DNA of 64,000 nt from Tubulanus polymorphus (taxonomy: Eukaryota > Animalia > Nemertea): contig NC_134036.1 of the NCBI RefSeq assembly GCF_964204645.1, forward strand, positions 6,677,304-6,741,303. Direction: 5' to 3'. Each line of letters opens with the position of its first letter. Position 1 is the first letter of the stretch. Positions 50,301-61,500 of this stretch are shown one piece after another. Below the pieces are notes generated by a model. That model was not told where the DNA came from. It did no database searches and was given only the letters and a program-made list of their open reading frames with translations. Both the position numbers and the translations under genes were made by a program.

Positions 50301-51800
50301 GTGCTGTGAGGGAGGGAGGGAGGCAGTAGGTCGGTCGTCCATCCGTTCGTCAGTGTGCCGGCGGTGGTTGTTCGAAAAACGACTAAGTGCTGACCGGGCC
50401 TTGATCAGCGTTACGACCCGGCGCAGTGAGGAAGGGAGGGAGGGAGGCAGTAGGTCGGTCGTCCATCCGTTCGTCAGTGTGCCGGCGGTGGTTGTTCGAA
50501 AAACGACTAAGTGCTGACCGGGCCTTGATCAGCGTTACGACCCGGTGCAGTAAGGGAGGGAGGGAGGCACTAGGACAGTCGTCCGCCCGTAAGTCAGTGT
50601 GTCGGCGGTTGTTGTTCGAAAAACGACTAAGTGCTGACCGGGCCATGAACAGCGTTACGACCCGGCACCGGTCAGGAAGGGAGGGAGGATGGCAGTAGGT
50701 CGGTCGTCCGTCCGTTTGTCAGTGTGCCGGCAGTGATGGTTGTTCGAAAAATGACTAAGGGCTGACCGGGCCTTGATCAGCGTTACGACCCGGCGCTGGT
50801 CAAGGGCGGGAGGGAGGGAGGCAGTAGGTCGGTCGTCCATCCGTTCGTCAGTGTGCCGGCGGTGGTAGTTCGAAAAACGACTAAGTGCTGACCGGGCCTA
50901 GATCAGCGTTACGACTCGGTGCAGTGAGGGAGGGAGAGAGGCAGTAGGTCGGTCGTCCGTCCGGTCGTCAGTGTGCCGGCGGTGGTTGTTCGAAAAACGA
51001 CTAAGTGCTGACCGGGCCTTGATCAGCGTTACGACCCGGTGCAGTGAGGGAGGGAGGGAGGCAGTAGGTCGGTCGTCCATCCGTTCGTCTGTGTGCCGGC
51101 GGTGGTTGTTCGAAAAACGACTAAGTGCTGACCGGGCCTTGATCAGCGTTACGACCCGGCGCAGTGAGTAAGGGAGGGAGGGAGGCAGTAGGTCGGTCGT
51201 CCATCCGTTCGTCAGTGTGCCGGCGGTTGTTGTTCGAAAAACGACTAAGTGCTGACCGGGCCTTGATCAGCGTTACGACCCGGTGCAGTGAGGGAGGGAG
51301 GGAGGCACTAGGACAGTCATCCGCCCGTTAGTCAGTGTGTCGGCGGTTGTTGTTCGAAAAACGACTAAGTGCTGACCGGGCCATGAACAGCGTTACGACC
51401 CGGCACCGGTCAGGAAGGGAGGGAGGGTGGCAGTAGGTCGGTCGTCCGTTCGTTGGTCAGTGTGCCGGCGGTGGTAGTTCGAAAAACGACTAAGTGCTGA
51501 CCGGGCCTTGATCAGCGTTACGACCCGGAGCAGTGTGGGAGGGAGGGGGACAGTAGGTCGGTCGTCCGTCCGTTCGCCAGTGTGCCGCTGGTGGTTGTTC
51601 GAAAAACGACTAAGTGCTGACCGGGCCTTGATCAGCGTTACGACCCGGTGCAGTGAGGGAGGGAGGGAGGCAGTAGGTCGGTCGTCCGTCCGTTCGTCAG
51701 TGTGCCGGCAGAGTTTGTTGTTCGAAAAACGACTAAGTGCTGACCGGGCCATGAACAGCGTTACGACCCGGCACCGGTCAGGGAGGGAGGGAGGGAGGCA
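47375..51800. repeat. Tandem duplication of a 20-monomer block (2456 bp) with a 4-monomer deletion in the second copy, present in macro-copy B only
   Basis: ORF pairs 47587/50043, 47927/50383 and 48515/50971 are at offset 2456. The offset drops to 1963 after ~51575 (ORF ends 49789/51752). Confidence 0.9.
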
Positions 51801-53189
51801 GTAGGTCGGTCGTCCATCCGTTCGTCAGTGTGCCGGCGGTGGTAGTTCGAAAAACGACTAAGTGCTGTCCGGGCCTTGATCAGCGTTACGACCCGGTGCA
51901 GTGAGGGAGGGAGGGAGGGAGGCAGAAGGTCCGTCGTCCGCCCGTTAGTCAGTGTGTCGGCGGTTGCTGTTCGAAAAACGACTAAGTGCTGACCGGGCCA
52001 TGAACAGCGTTACGACCCGGCACCGGTCAGGAAGGGAGGGAGGGTGGCAGTAGGTCGGTCGTCCGTTCGTTCGTCAGTGTGCCGGCGGTGGTAGTTCGAA
52101 AAACGACTAAGTGCTGACCGGGCCTAGATCAGCGTTACGACCCGGTGCAGTGAGGGAGGGAGAGAGGCAGTAGGTCGGTCGTCCGTCCGGTCGTCAGTGT
52201 GCCGGCGGTGGTTGTTCGAAAAACGACTAAGTGCTGACCGGGCCTTGATCAGCGTTACGACCCGGAGCAGTGAGGGAGGGAGGGAGGGAGGCAGTAGGTC
52301 GGTCGTCCGTCCGTTCGCCAGTGTGCCGCTGGTGGTTGTTCGAAAAACGACTCAGTGCTGACCGGGCCTTGATCAGCGTTACGACCCGGTGCAGTGAGGG
52401 AGGGAGGGAGGCAGTAGGTCGGTCGTCCATCCGTTCGTCAGTGTGCCGGCAGAGTTGGTTGTTCGAAAAACGACTAAGTGCTGACCGGGCCTTGATCAGC
52501 GTTACGACCCGGTGCAGTGAGGGAGGGAGGGAGGGAGGCAATAGGTCGGTCGTCCATCCGTTCGTCAGTGTGCCGGCGGTGGTAGTTCGAAAAACGACTA
52601 AGTGCTGACCGGGCCTTGATCAGCGTTACGACCCGGTGCAGTGAGGGAGGGAGGGAGGGAAGCAGTAGGTCGGTCGTCCATCCGTTCGTCAGTATGCCGG
52701 CGGTGGTAGTTCGAAAAACGACTAAGTGCTGACCGGGCCTTGATCAGCGTTACGACCCGGTGCAGTGAGGGAGGGAGGGAGGGAGGCACTAGGACAGTCG
52801 TCAGCCCGTTAGTCAGTGTGTCGGCGGTTGTTGTTCGAAAAACGACTAAGTGCTGACCGGGCCATGAACAGCGTTACGACCCGGCACCGGTCAGGAAGGG
52901 AGGGAGGGTGGCAGTAGGTCGGTCGTCCGTTCGTTCGTCATTGTGCCGGCGGTGGTTGTTCGAAAAACGACTAAGTGCTGACCGGGCCTTGATCAGCGTT
53001 ACGACCCGGCACCGGTCAGGGAGGGAGGGAGGGAGGCAGTAGGTCGGTCGTCCGTCCGTTCGTCAGTGTGCCGGCGGTGGTTGTTCGAAAAACGACTAAG
53101 TGCTGACCGGGCCTTGATCAGCGTTACGACCCGGTGCAGTGAGGGAGGGAGGGAGGCAGTAGGTCGGTCGTCCGTCCGTTCGTCAGTGT

Positions 53190-56100
53190 GCCGGCGGTGG
53201 TAGTTCGAAAAACGACTAAGTGCTGTCCGGGCCTTGATCAGCGTTACGACCCGGTGCAGTGAGGGAGGGAGGGAGGGAGGCAGAAGGTCCGTCGTCCGCC
53301 CGTTAGTCAGTGTGTCGGCGGTTGCTGTTCGAAAAACGACTAAGTGCTGACCGGGCCATGAACAGCGTTACGACCCGGCACCGGTCAGGAAGGGAGGGAG
53401 GGTGGCAGTAGGTCGGTCGTCCGTTCGTTCGTCAGTGTGCCGGCGGTGGTAGTTCGAAAAACGACTAAGTGCTGACCGGGCCTTGATCAGCGTTACGACC
53501 CGGTGCAGTGAGGGAGGGAGGGAGGCAGTAGGTCGGTCGTCCGTCCGTTCGTCAGTGTGCCGGCGGTGGTTGTTCGAAAAACGACTAAGTGCTGACCGGG
53601 TCTTGATCAGCGTTACGACCTGGCACCGGTCAAGAAGGGAGGGAGGGTGGCAGTAGGTCGGTCGTCCGTTCGTTCGTCGGTGTGCCGGCGGTGGTAGTTC
53701 GAAAAACGACTAAGTGCTGACCGGGCCTTGATCAGCGTTACGACCCGGTGCAGTGAGGGAGGGAGGGAGGCAGTAGGTCGGTCGTCCGTCCGTTCGTCAG
53801 TGTGCCGGCGGTGGTTGTTCGAAAAACGACTAAGTGCTGACCGGGCCATGATCAGCGTTACGACCCGGCGCAGTGAGGGAGGGAGGGAGGGAGGCAGAAG
53901 GTCCGTCGTCCGCCCGTTAGTCAGTGTGTCGGCGGTTGCTGTTCGAAAAACGACTAAGTGCTGACCGGGCCTTGATCAGCGTTACGACCCGGTGCAGTGA
54001 GGGAGGGAGGGAGGCAGTAGGTCGGTCGTCCGTCCGTTCGTCAGAGTGCCGGCGGTGGTTGTTCGAAAAACGACTAAGTGCTGACCGGGCCTTGATCAGC
54101 GTTACGACCCGGAGCAGTGAGGGAGGGAGGGAGGCAGTAGGTCGGTCGTCCGTCCGTTCGCCAGTGTGCCGCTGGTGGTTGTTCGAAAAACGACTAAGTG
54201 CTGATCGGGCCTTGATCAGCGTTACGACCCGGTGCAGTGAGGGAGGGAGGGAGGCAGTAGGTCGGTCGTCCATCCGTTCGTCAGTGTGCCGGAAGAGTTG
54301 GTTGTTCGAAAAACGACTAAGTGCTGACCGGGCCTTGATCAGCGTTACGACCCGGTGCAGTGAGGGAGGGAGGGAGGCAATAGGTCGGTCGTCCATCCGT
54401 TCGTCAGTGTGCCGGCGGTGGTAGTTCGAAAAACGACTAAGTGCTGACCGGGCCTTGATCAGCGTTACGACCCGGTGCAGTGAGGGAGGGAGGGAGGGAA
54501 GCAGTAGGTCGGTCGTCCATCCGTTCGTCAGTGTGCCGGCGGTGGTAGTTCGAAAAACGACTAAGTGCTGACCGGGCCTTGATCAGCGTTACGACCCGGT
54601 GCAGTGAGGGAGGGAGGGTGGCACTTGGACAGTCGTCCGCCCGTTAGTCAGTGTGTCGGCGGTTGTTGTTCGAAAAACGACTAAGTGCTGACCGGGCCAT
54701 GATCAGCGTTACGACCCGGTGCAGTGAGGGAGGGAGGGAGGCACTAGTACAGTCGTCCGCCCGTTAGTCAGTGTGTCGGCGGTTGTTGTTCGAAAAACGA
54801 CTAAGTGCTGACCGGGCCATGAACAGCGTTACGACCCGGCGCTGGTCAGGGAGGGAGGGAGGGAGGCAGTAGGTCGGTCGTCCATCCGTTCGTCAGTGTG
54901 CCGGCGGTGGTAGTTCGAAAAACGACTAAGTGCTGTCCGGGCCTTGATCAGCGTTACGACCCGGTGCAGTGAGGGAGGGAGGGAGGGAGGCAGAAGGTCC
55001 GTCGTCCGCCCGTTAGTCAGTGTGTCGGCGGTTGCTGTTCGAAAAACGACTAAGTGCTGACCGGGCCATGAACAGCGTTACGACCAGGCACCGGTCAGGA
55101 AGGGAGGGAGGGTGGCAGTAGGTCGGTCGTCCGTTCGTTCGTCAGTGTGCCGGCGGTGGTAGTTCGAAAAACGACTAAGTGCTGACCGGGCCTTGATCAG
55201 CGTTACGACCCGGTGCAGTGAGGGAGGGAGGGAGGCAGTAGGTCGGTCGTCCGTCCGTTCGTCAGTGTGCCGGCGGTGGTTGTTCGAAAAACGACTAAGT
55301 GCTGACCGGGTCTTGATCAGCGTTACGACCTGGCACCGGTCAAGAAGGGAGGGAGGGTGGCAGTAGGTCGGTCGTCCGTTCGTTCGTCAGTGTTCCGGCG
55401 GTGGTAGTTCGAAAAACGACTAAGTGCTGACCGGGCCTTGATCAGCGTTACGACCCGGAGCAGTGAGGGAGGGAGGGAGGCAGTAGGTCGGTCGTCCGTC
55501 CGTTCGCCAGTGTGCCGCTGGTGGTTGTTCGAAAAACGACTAAGTGCTGACCGGGCCTTGATCAGCGTTACGACCCGGTGCAGTGAGGGAGGGAGGGAGG
55601 CAGTAGGTCGGTCGTCCGTCCGTTCGTCAGTGTGCCGGCAGAGTTGGTTGTTCGAAAAACGACTAAGTGCTGACCGGGCCTTGATCAGCGTTACGACCCG
55701 GTGCAGTGAGGGAGGGAGGGAGGGAGGGAGGGAGGCAATAGGTCGGTCGTCCATCCGTTCGTCAGTGTGCCGGCGGTGGTAGTTCGAAAAACGACTAAGT
55801 GCTGTCCGGGCCTTGATCAGCGTTACGACCCGGTGCAGTGAGGGAGGGAGGGAGGGAGGCAGAAGGTCCGTCGTCCGCCCGTTAGTCAGTGTGTCGGCGG
55901 TTGCTGTTCGAAAAACGACTAAGTGCTGACCGGGCCATGAACAGCGTTACGACCCGGCACCGGTCAGGAAGGGAGGGAGGGTGGCAGTAGGTCGGTCGTC
56001 CGTTCGTTCGTCAGTGTGCCGGCGGTGGTAGTTCGAAAAACGACTAAGTGCTGACCGGGCCTTGATCAGCGTTACGACCCGGTGCAGTGAGGGAGGGAGG

Positions 56101-58520
56101 GAGGCAGTAGGTCGGTCGTCCGTCCGTTCGTCAGTGTGCCGGCGGTGGTTGTTCGAAAAACGACTAAGTGCTGACCGGGTCTTGATCAGCGTTACGACCT
56201 GGCACCGGTCAAGAAGGGAGGGAGGGTGGCAGTAGGTCGGTCGTCCGTTCGTTCGTCGGTGTGCCGGCGGTGGTAGTTCGAAAAACGACTAAGTGCTGAC
56301 CGGGCCTTGATCAGCGTTACGACCCGGTGCAGTGAGGGAGGGAGGGAGGCAGTAGGTCGGTCGTCCGTCCGTTCGTCAGTGTGCCGGCGGTGGTTGTTCG
56401 AAAAACGACTAAGTGCTGACCGGGCCATGATCAGCGTTACGACCCGGCGCAGTGAGGGAGGGAGGGAGGGAGGCAGAAGGTCCGTCGTCCGCCCGTTAGT
56501 CAGTGTGTCGGCGGTTGCTGTTCGAAAAACGACTAAGTGCTGACCGGGCCTTGATCAGCGTTACGACCCGGTGCAGTGAGGGAGGGAGGGAGGCAGTAGG
56601 TCGGTCGTCCGTCCGTTCGTCAGAGTGCCGGCGGTGGTTGTTTGAAAAACGACTAAGTGCTGACCGGGCCTTGATCAGCGTTACGACCCGGAGCAGTGAG
56701 GGAGGGAGGGAGGCAGTAGGTCGGTCGTCCGTCCGTTCGCCAGTGTGCCGCTGGTGGTTGTTCGAAAAACGACTAAGTGCTGACCGGGCCTTGATCAGCG
56801 TTACGACCCGGTGCAGTGAGGGAGGGAGGGAGGCAGTAGGTCGGTCGTCCATCCGTTCGTCAGTGTGCCGGCAGAGTTGGTTGTTCGAAAAACGACTAAG
56901 TGCTGACCGGGCCTTGATCAGCGTTACGACCCGGTGCAGTGAGGGAGGGAGGGAGGCAATAGGTCGGTCGTCCATCCGTTCGTCAGTGTGCCGGCGGTGG
57001 TAGTTCGAAAAACGACTAAGTGCTGACCGGGCCTTGATCAGCGTTACGACCCGGTGCAGTGAGGGAGGGAGGGAGGAAAGCAGTAGGTCGGTCGTCCATC
57101 CGTTCGTCAGTGTGCCGGCGGTGGTAGTTCGAAAAACGACTAAGTGCTGACCGGGCCTTGATCAGCGTTACGACCCGGTGCAGTGAGGGAGGGAGGGTGG
57201 CACTAGGACAGTCGTCCGCCCGTTAGTCAGTGTGTCGGCGGTTGTTGTTCGAAAAACGACTAAGTGCTGACCGGGCCATGAACAGCGTTACGACCCGGCG
57301 CTGGTCAGGGAGGGAGGGAGGGAGGCAGTAGGTCGGTCGTCCATCCGTTCGTCAGTGTGCCGGCGGTGGTAGTTCGAAAAACGACTAAGTGCTGTCCGGG
57401 CCTTGATCAGCGTTACGACCCGGTGCAGTGAGGGAGGGAGGGAGGGAGGCAGAAGGTCCGTCGTCCGCCCGTTAGTCAGTGTGTCGGCGGTTGCTTTTCG
57501 AAAAACGACTAAGTGCTGACCGGGCCATGAACAGCGTTACGACCAGGCACCGGTCAGGAAGGGAGGGAGGGTGGCAGTAGGTCGGTCGTCCGTTCGTTCG
57601 TCAGTGTGCCGGCGGTGGTAGTTCGAAAAACGACTAAGTGCTGACCGGGCCTTGATCAGCGTTACGACCCGGTGCAGTGAGGGAGGGAGGGAGGCAGTAG
57701 GTCGGTCGTCCGTCCGTTCGTCAGTGTGCCGGCGGTGGTTGTTCGAAAAACGACTAAGTGCTGACCGGGTCTTGATCAGCGTTACGACCTGGCACCGGTC
57801 AAGAAGGGAGGGAGGGTGGCAGTAGGTCGGTCGTCCGTTCGTTCGTCAGTGTGCCGGCGGTGGTAGTTCGAAAAACGACTAAGTGCTGACCGGGCCTTGA
57901 TCAGCGTTACGACCCGGAGCAGTGAGGGAGGGAGGGAGGCAGTAGGTCGGTCGTCCGTCCGTTCGCCAGTGTGCCGCTGGTGGTTGTTCGAAAAACGACT
58001 AAGTGCTGACCGGGCCTTGATCAGCGTTACGACCCGGTGCAGTGAGGGAGGGAGGGAGGCAGTAGGTCGGTCGTCCGTCCGTTCGTCAGTGTGCCGGCAG
58101 AGTTGGTTGTTCGAAAAACGACTAAGTGCTGACCGGGCCTTGATCAGCGTTACGACCCGGTGCAGTGAGGGAGGGAGGGAGGGAGGGAGGCAATAGGTCG
58201 GTCGTCCATCCGTTCGTCAGTGTGCCGGCGGTGGTAGTTCGAAAAACGACTAAGTGCTGTCCGGGCCTTGATCAGCGTTACGACCCGGTGCAGTGAGGGA
58301 GGGAGGGAGGGAGGCAGAAGGTCCGTCGTCCGCCCGTTAGTCAGTGTGTCGGCGGTTGCTGTTCGAAAAACGACTAAGTGCTGACCGGGCCATGAACAGC
58401 GTTACGACCCGGCACCGGTCAGGAAGGGAGGGAGGGTGGCAGTAGGTCGGTCGTCCGTTCGTTCGTCGGTGTGCCGGCGGTGGTAGTTCGAAAAACGACT
58501 AAGTGCTGACCGGGCCTTGA
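53190..58520. repeat. ~21-monomer (2579 bp) higher-order duplication, copy-B counterpart of 27570-32650
   Basis: ORF pairs 53613/56192, 53728/56307 and 53924/56503. Confidence 0.88.
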
Positions 58521-61500
58521 TCAGCGTTACGACCCGGTGCAGTGAGGGAGGGAGGGAGGCAGTAGGTCGGTCGTCCGTCCGTTCGTCAGTGTGCCGGCAG
58601 AGTTGGTTGTTCGAAAAACGACTAAGTGCTGACCGGGCCTTGATCAGCGTTACGACCCGGTGCAGTGAGGGAGGGAGGGAGGGAGGGAGGCAATAGGTCG
58701 GTCGTCCATCCGTTCGTCAGTGTGCCGGCGGTGGTAGTTCGAAAAACGACTAAGTGCTGACCGGGCCTTGATCAGCGTTACGACCCGGTGCAGTGAGGGA
58801 GGGAGGGAGGCAGTAGGTCGGTCGTCCGTCCGTTCGTCAGTGTGCCGGCGGTGGTTGTTCGAAAAACGACTAAGTGCTGACCGGGTCTTGATCAGCGTTA
58901 CGACCCGGTGCAGTGAGGGAGGGAGGGAGGGAGGCAGTAGGTCGGTCGTCCATCCGTTCGTCAGTGTGCCGGCGGTGGCAGTTCAAAAAACGACTAAGTG
59001 CTGACCGGGCCTTGATCAGCGTTACGACCCGGAGCAGTGAGGGAGGGAGGGAGGCAGTAGGTCGGTCGTCCGTCCTTTCGTCAGTGTGCCGGCAGAGTTG
59101 GTTGTTCGAAAAACGACTAAGTGCTGACCGGGCCTTGATCAGCGTTACGACCCGGTGCAGTGAGGGAGGGAGGGAGGCACTAGGACAGTCGTCCGCCCGT
59201 TAGTCAGTGTGTCGGCGGTTGTTGTTCGAAAAACGACTAAGTGCTGACCGGGCCATGAACAGCGTTACGACCCGGCACCGGTCAGGAAGGGAGGGAGGGT
59301 GGCAGTAGGTCGGTCGTCCGTCCGTTCGTCAGTGTGCCGGCGGTGGTTATTCGAAAAACGACTAAGTGCTGACCGGGCCTTAATCAGCGTTACGACCCGG
59401 CACCGGTCAGGAAGGGAGGGAGGGTGGCAGTAGGTCGGTCGTCCGTTCGTTGGTCAGTGTGCCGGCGGTGGAAGTTCGAACAACGACTAAGTGCTGACCG
59501 GGCCTTGATCAGCGTTACGACCCGGAGCAGTGTGGGAGGGAGGGGGACAGTAGGTCGGTCGTCCGTCCGTTCGTCAGTGTGCCGGCAGAGTTGGTTGTTC
59601 GAAAAACGACTAATTGCTGACCGGGCCTTGATCAGCGTTAGGACCCGGTGCTGTGAGGGAGGGAGGGAGGCAGTAGGTCGGTCGTCCATCCGTTCATCAG
59701 TGTGCCGGCGGTGGTTGTTCGAATAACGACTAAGTGCTGACCGGGCCTTGATCAGCGTTACGACCCGGCACCGGTCAGGGAGGGAGGGAGGGAGGCAGTA
59801 GGTCGGTCGTCCGTCCGGTCGTCAGTGTGCCGGCGGTGGTTGTTCGAAAAACGACTAAGTGCTGACCGGGCCTTGATCAGCGTTACGACCCGGTGCAGTG
59901 AGGGAGGGAGGGAGGCACTAGGACAGTCGTCCGCCCGTTAGTCAGTGTGTCGGCGGTTGTTGTTCGAAAAACGACTAAGTGCTGACCGGGCCTTGATCAG
60001 CGTTACGACCCGGCACCGGTCAGGAAGGGAGGGAGGGTGGCAGTAGGTCGGACGTCCGTTCGTTGGTCAGTGTGCCGGCGGTGGTAGTTCGAAAAACGAC
60101 TAAGTGCTGACCGGGCCTTGATCAGCGTTACGACCCGGTGCTGTGAGGGAGGGAGGGAGGCTGTAGGTCGGTCGTCCGTCCGTTCGTCAGTGTGCCGGCA
60201 GAGTTGGTTGTTCGAAAAACGACTAAGTGCTGACCGGGCCTTGATCAGCGTTACGACCCGGAGCAGTGAGGGAGGGAGGGAGGCAGTAGGTCGGTCGTCC
60301 GTCCGTTCGCCAGTGTGCCGCTGGTGGTTGTTCGAAAAACGACTAAGTGCTGACCGGGCCTTGATCAGCGTTACGACCCGGTGCAGTGAGGGAGGGAGGG
60401 AGGCACTAGGACAGTCGTCCGCCCGTTAGTCAGTGTGTCGGCGGTTGTTGTTCGAAAAACGACTAAGTGCTGACCGGGCCTTGATCAGCGTTACGACCCG
60501 GCACCGGTCAGGAAGGGAGGGAGGGTGGCAGTAGGTCGGACGTCCGTTCGTTGGTCAGTGTGCCGGCGGTGGTAGTTCGAAAAATGACTAAGTGCTGACC
60601 GGGCCTTGATCAGCGTTACGACCCGGTGCTGTGAGGGAGGGAGGGAGGCTGTAGGTCGGTCGTCCATCCGTTCGTCAGTGTGCCGGCGGTGGTTGCTCGA
60701 AAAACGACTAAGTGCTTACCGGGCCTTGATCAGCGTTACGACCCGGTGCAGTGAGGGAGGGAGGGAGGCAGTAGGTCGGTCGTCCGTCCGTTCGTCAGTG
60801 TGCCGGCGGTGGTTGTTCGAAAAACGACTAAGTGCTGACAGGGCCATGATCAGCGTTACGACCCGGTGTAATGAGGGAGGGAGGGAGGCACTAGGACAGT
60901 CGTCCGCCCGTTAGTCAGTGTGTCGGCGGTTGTTGTTCGAAAAACGACTAAGTGCTGACCGGGCCTTGATCAGCGTTACGACCCGTCACCGGTCAGGGAG
61001 GGAGGGAGGGAGGCAGTAGGTCGGTCGTCCGTCCGTTCGTCATTGTGCCGGCGGTGGTAGTTCGAAAAACGACTAAGTGCTGACCGGGCCTTGATCAGCG
61101 TTACGACCCGGTGCAGTGAGGGAGGGAGGGAGGCAGTAGGTCGGTCGTCCGTTCGTTCGTCAGTGTGCCGGCGGTGGTTGTTCGAATAACGACTAAGTGC
61201 TGACCGGGCCTTGATCAGCGTTACGACCCGGCACCGGTCAGGGAGGGAGGGAGGGAGGCAGTAGGTCGGTCGTCCGTCCGTTCGTCATTGTGCCGGCGGT
61301 GGTAGTTCGAAAAACGACTAAGTGCTGACCGGGCCTTGATCAGCGTTACGACCCGGTGCAGTGAGGGAGGGAGGGAGGCTGTAGGTCGGTCGTCCATCCG
61401 TTCGTCAGTGTGCCGGCGGTGGTAGTTCGAAAAACGACTAAGTGCTGACCGGGCCTTGATCAGCGTTACGACCCGGAGCATTGAGGGAGGGAGGGAGGCA

